Positions 24,227 to 25,984 of a DNA stretch of 25,984 bases are shown piece after piece (the stretch's first letter is position 1; every line of letters begins with the position of its first letter). The notes below the pieces were generated by a model, which saw only the letters and a program-made list of their open reading frames with translations, was not told where the DNA came from and did not search any database. Origin of the DNA: an uncultured Rhodospirillaceae bacterium (lineage in GTDB: Bacteria; Pseudomonadota; Alphaproteobacteria; Rhodospirillales; JABHCV01); assembly GCA_965613205.1 (NCBI GenBank), contig CBFDVE010000001.1:1-25984 (forward strand), in the 5' to 3' direction. A program made the position numbers and the translations under genes.

Positions 24227-25801
24227 ATGGAAAACAGACCCGGTAAAAGAACCAATCGTCGGCGCGGACGCGCCACCCCGACCCCACCGATCCAGTTTCC
24301 AGATGCCTTTACCCTGAGCGGCGGGTCGGGCGAACGGCCCGGCTTCGGTTTCCTGAACGAAGCCGCTATGGCCAGGTTGATCGACCGTACTTTCGAGCTG
24401 CTGGAGGATTACGGTGTCGTCGTCATTCATCCGGCTGCCATCAAGGCCCTGCAAAAAGCCGGGGCCAGGGCCGGGGCCGACGGTGACCGTTTGCGGCTGC
24501 CCAGAAAGCTGGTCGAACAGGCCCTGGCGGCGACCCCCAAGCAAGTTTCGTTGTATGGTAAAACGCCGCAGCGGGATATTCATTTACCCCGCAGCGACGG
24601 CGGCTTCATCATGCGAACCGGCACCGGCGCCCATGGCTACGTCGATCCGCAAACCGGGGTTTACCGAAATCTGGACCTGGTGGCCGTGGCGGAAATGGCC
24701 GCCGTCGCCAGCGGCCTTGATCAGGTCGGTTTCATTGCCCATCCCTTCGTTCACGGGGTGCCGGAAATTACCGCCGATATTCACAGCCTGGCCCAAATGA
24801 TCCGCCATACGGACAAACATGTGTGGGTGCAGCCCTATGCCAGGGAAAATATCGACTACCTGATGGCCCTGGCGGTCATTGCGGCGGGTGGCGAGGCGCA
24901 GTTGCGGGAACGACCCCTGGCCAGTTGCATAACGTGTTCGTTCTCGCCGCTTGAATTCAAGTTCATGGATACGGAAATTATCATTCAGGCGGGACGCTAC
25001 GGCCTGCCCCTGCACGCCTGTAGCCTGCCGTCCGCCGGCGGCACGGCCCCCTTATCGACACCGGGCATGGTGCTGATGGCGGCGGCCGAAATCCTGGCCA
25101 TGGTGACCCTCACCCATGTGCTGTCGCCGGGCACCCCGGTGATCGCCACGCCGCTGATGTTCACCTTGGATATGCGCACGGGCAGCGCATTGCAATCGTG
25201 TTCTGAATCCCTGCAGGCCGCCAGCATGGCCATTCAGCTTATGAAACACGGCTTCGGCTTGCCCGCCCATACCTATGGATCGGGTTCCGATACGCCCGAT
25301 GTGGATGTGCAATCCATGGCCGAACGGGCCTTGTTGGGTCAGGCCGTGGCCTTGTCGGGGGTCGATATTCTCGGCGGCGTCGGCCAACTGGAATGCGCCA
25401 CCGTGTTCAGCCCGGTGCAGGCCGTGCTGGACAACGAAATCGGCGCCATCTTGCGCCGCTTTATCGAGATTCCCGAGATCACCGATGAAAGCCTGAATTG
25501 GGCTGAAGTTTCATCAATCCGCAGCGGCGGTCATTTCCTCGACAGCGGCCATACGCTCAAATACTGCCGCGATCAGGTCACGCCCAAGGCCTTCCTGCGA
25601 CAGGGCCGGGACGACTATGAAAAATCGAACCGGCACACGGCTTTCGATCAGGCCCGCCAGATCGCCCTGGACCTGATCCGCGACGCCCGGCCCGAAGGAC
25701 TGTTGGGCGAAGATGCCAATCGGGCCATGGCCCAGGTTGTCGCCGATGCCGACAGGCACATTCTGGCGGCGGCGAAATCAGGTGCGGCGGCGGTAATTTA
25801 G
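24227..25801 (+). CDS. Trimethylamine methyltransferase (MttB) superfamily protein, non-pyrrolysine, 524 aa
   Basis: Arg-rich N-terminus, SFSPLEF, PSAGGTAP, GTPVI, DMRTG and GLPAHTYGSGSD...DVQ...GGVGQLE...FSPVQAVLDNE; GGAG SD; no in-frame TAG. Confidence 0.9.
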   Translation: MENRPGKRTNRRRGRATPTPPIQFPDAFTLSGGSGERPGFGFLNEAAMARLIDRTFELLEDYGVVVIHPAAIKALQKAGARAGADGDRLRLPRKLVEQALAATPKQVSLYGKTPQRDIHLPRSDGGFIMRTGTGAHGYVDPQTGVYRNLDLVAVAEMAAVASGLDQVGFIAHPFVHGVPEITADIHSLAQMIRHTDKHVWVQPYARENIDYLMALAVIAAGGEAQLRERPLASCITCSFSPLEFKFMDTEIIIQAGRYGLPLHACSLPSAGGTAPLSTPGMVLMAAAEILAMVTLTHVLSPGTPVIATPLMFTLDMRTGSALQSCSESLQAASMAIQLMKHGFGLPAHTYGSGSDTPDVDVQSMAERALLGQAVALSGVDILGGVGQLECATVFSPVQAVLDNEIGAILRRFIEIPEITDESLNWAEVSSIRSGGHFLDSGHTLKYCRDQVTPKAFLRQGRDDYEKSNRHTAFDQARQIALDLIRDARPEGLLGEDANRAMAQVVADADRHILAAAKSGAAAVI

Positions 25802-25864
25802 GAAAATACCGACTTGCACAAAGAATGGGCAACCAGCGAAGGCAGGCCTGTCTGAACCCGGTGT

Positions 25865-25890
25865 TCCGGCACCATTAACCCGGTGCCGGA
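25865..25890. terminator. Hairpin between convergent mttB-like and ALDH genes
   Basis: 9-bp perfect stem TCCGGCACC / GGTGCCGGA with an 8-nt loop, abutting the ALDH stop; no clear U-tract. Confidence 0.5.
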
Positions 25891-25984
25891 TCAATCGTGC
25901 TTGATGGCGATGGTCTTGGTCGCCGAAAATCCGTACAGGGCTTCCAGGCCTTTTTCCCGGCCAAAACCGCTGCCCCTGGCCCCG
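25891..25984 (-). CDS. 3' end of an aldehyde dehydrogenase family gene (partial)
   Basis: Minus strand reads GARGSGFGREKGLEALYGFSATKTIAIKHD*, containing the ALDH C-terminal SGxGREKG motif. Confidence 0.8.
   Translation of the reverse strand, partial: GARGSGFGREKGLEALYGFSATKTIAIKHD

Noticed and set aside
24152-24583. 143-aa minus-strand ORF overlapping the mttB start
   Set aside because: Mostly antisense to mttB with no recognisable domain.
24227-25801. Pyrrolysine recoding in the MttB homologue
   Set aside because: The frame is open with no internal TAG, and no pyl genes are in the window.
1-25984. CRISPR arrays, tRNA/rRNA, transposases, integrases, known riboswitches
   Set aside because: All intergenic gaps are under about 230 nt and none shows periodic repeats, cloverleaf structure or IS ends by eye; a covariance-model search was not run.

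Overview
GC-rich, alphaproteobacteria-like catabolic region, almost fully coding, with no rRNA, tRNA, CRISPR or IS element detected by eye. (1) 1-6364, minus strand: an anthraniloyl-CoA/salicylyl-CoA (abm-type) operon with a bifunctional FAD monooxygenase/OYE reductase, MarR, enoyl-CoA hydratase, acyl-CoA dehydrogenase, aryl-CoA ligase and the start of a probable RidA gene. It is divergent from an arylformamidase-like alpha/beta hydrolase. (2) 7311-23526: a nicotinamide/nicotinate catabolic island. It holds a translationally coupled ndhF / fused ndhSLM / hnr / UPF0280 (ApbE-like) / DUF1185 operon, a divergent NicR-like MarR plus nicotinamidase, a Liv-type ABC importer with a Tat-exported binding protein, and a divergent two-subunit ATP-dependent hydantoinase/oxoprolinase. 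(3) 23527-25984: a ParDE toxin-antitoxin module, a non-pyrrolysine MttB-family methyltransferase and the 3' end of an aldehyde dehydrogenase. Main observation: a 24-bp near-palindromic site (21/24 identical) lies directly upstream of both the nicotinate dehydrogenase operon and the hydantoinase operon, with related partial sites at the ABC promoter, while no enamidase gene is present in the window. This suggests a reductive nicotinate pathway variant that opens the lactam ring with an ATP-dependent lactamase. It may also use DUF1185 as an enamine deaminase, an ApbE-like protein to flavinylate Hnr, and MttB to feed in trigonelline. These functional assignments are inferences; no database searches were run.
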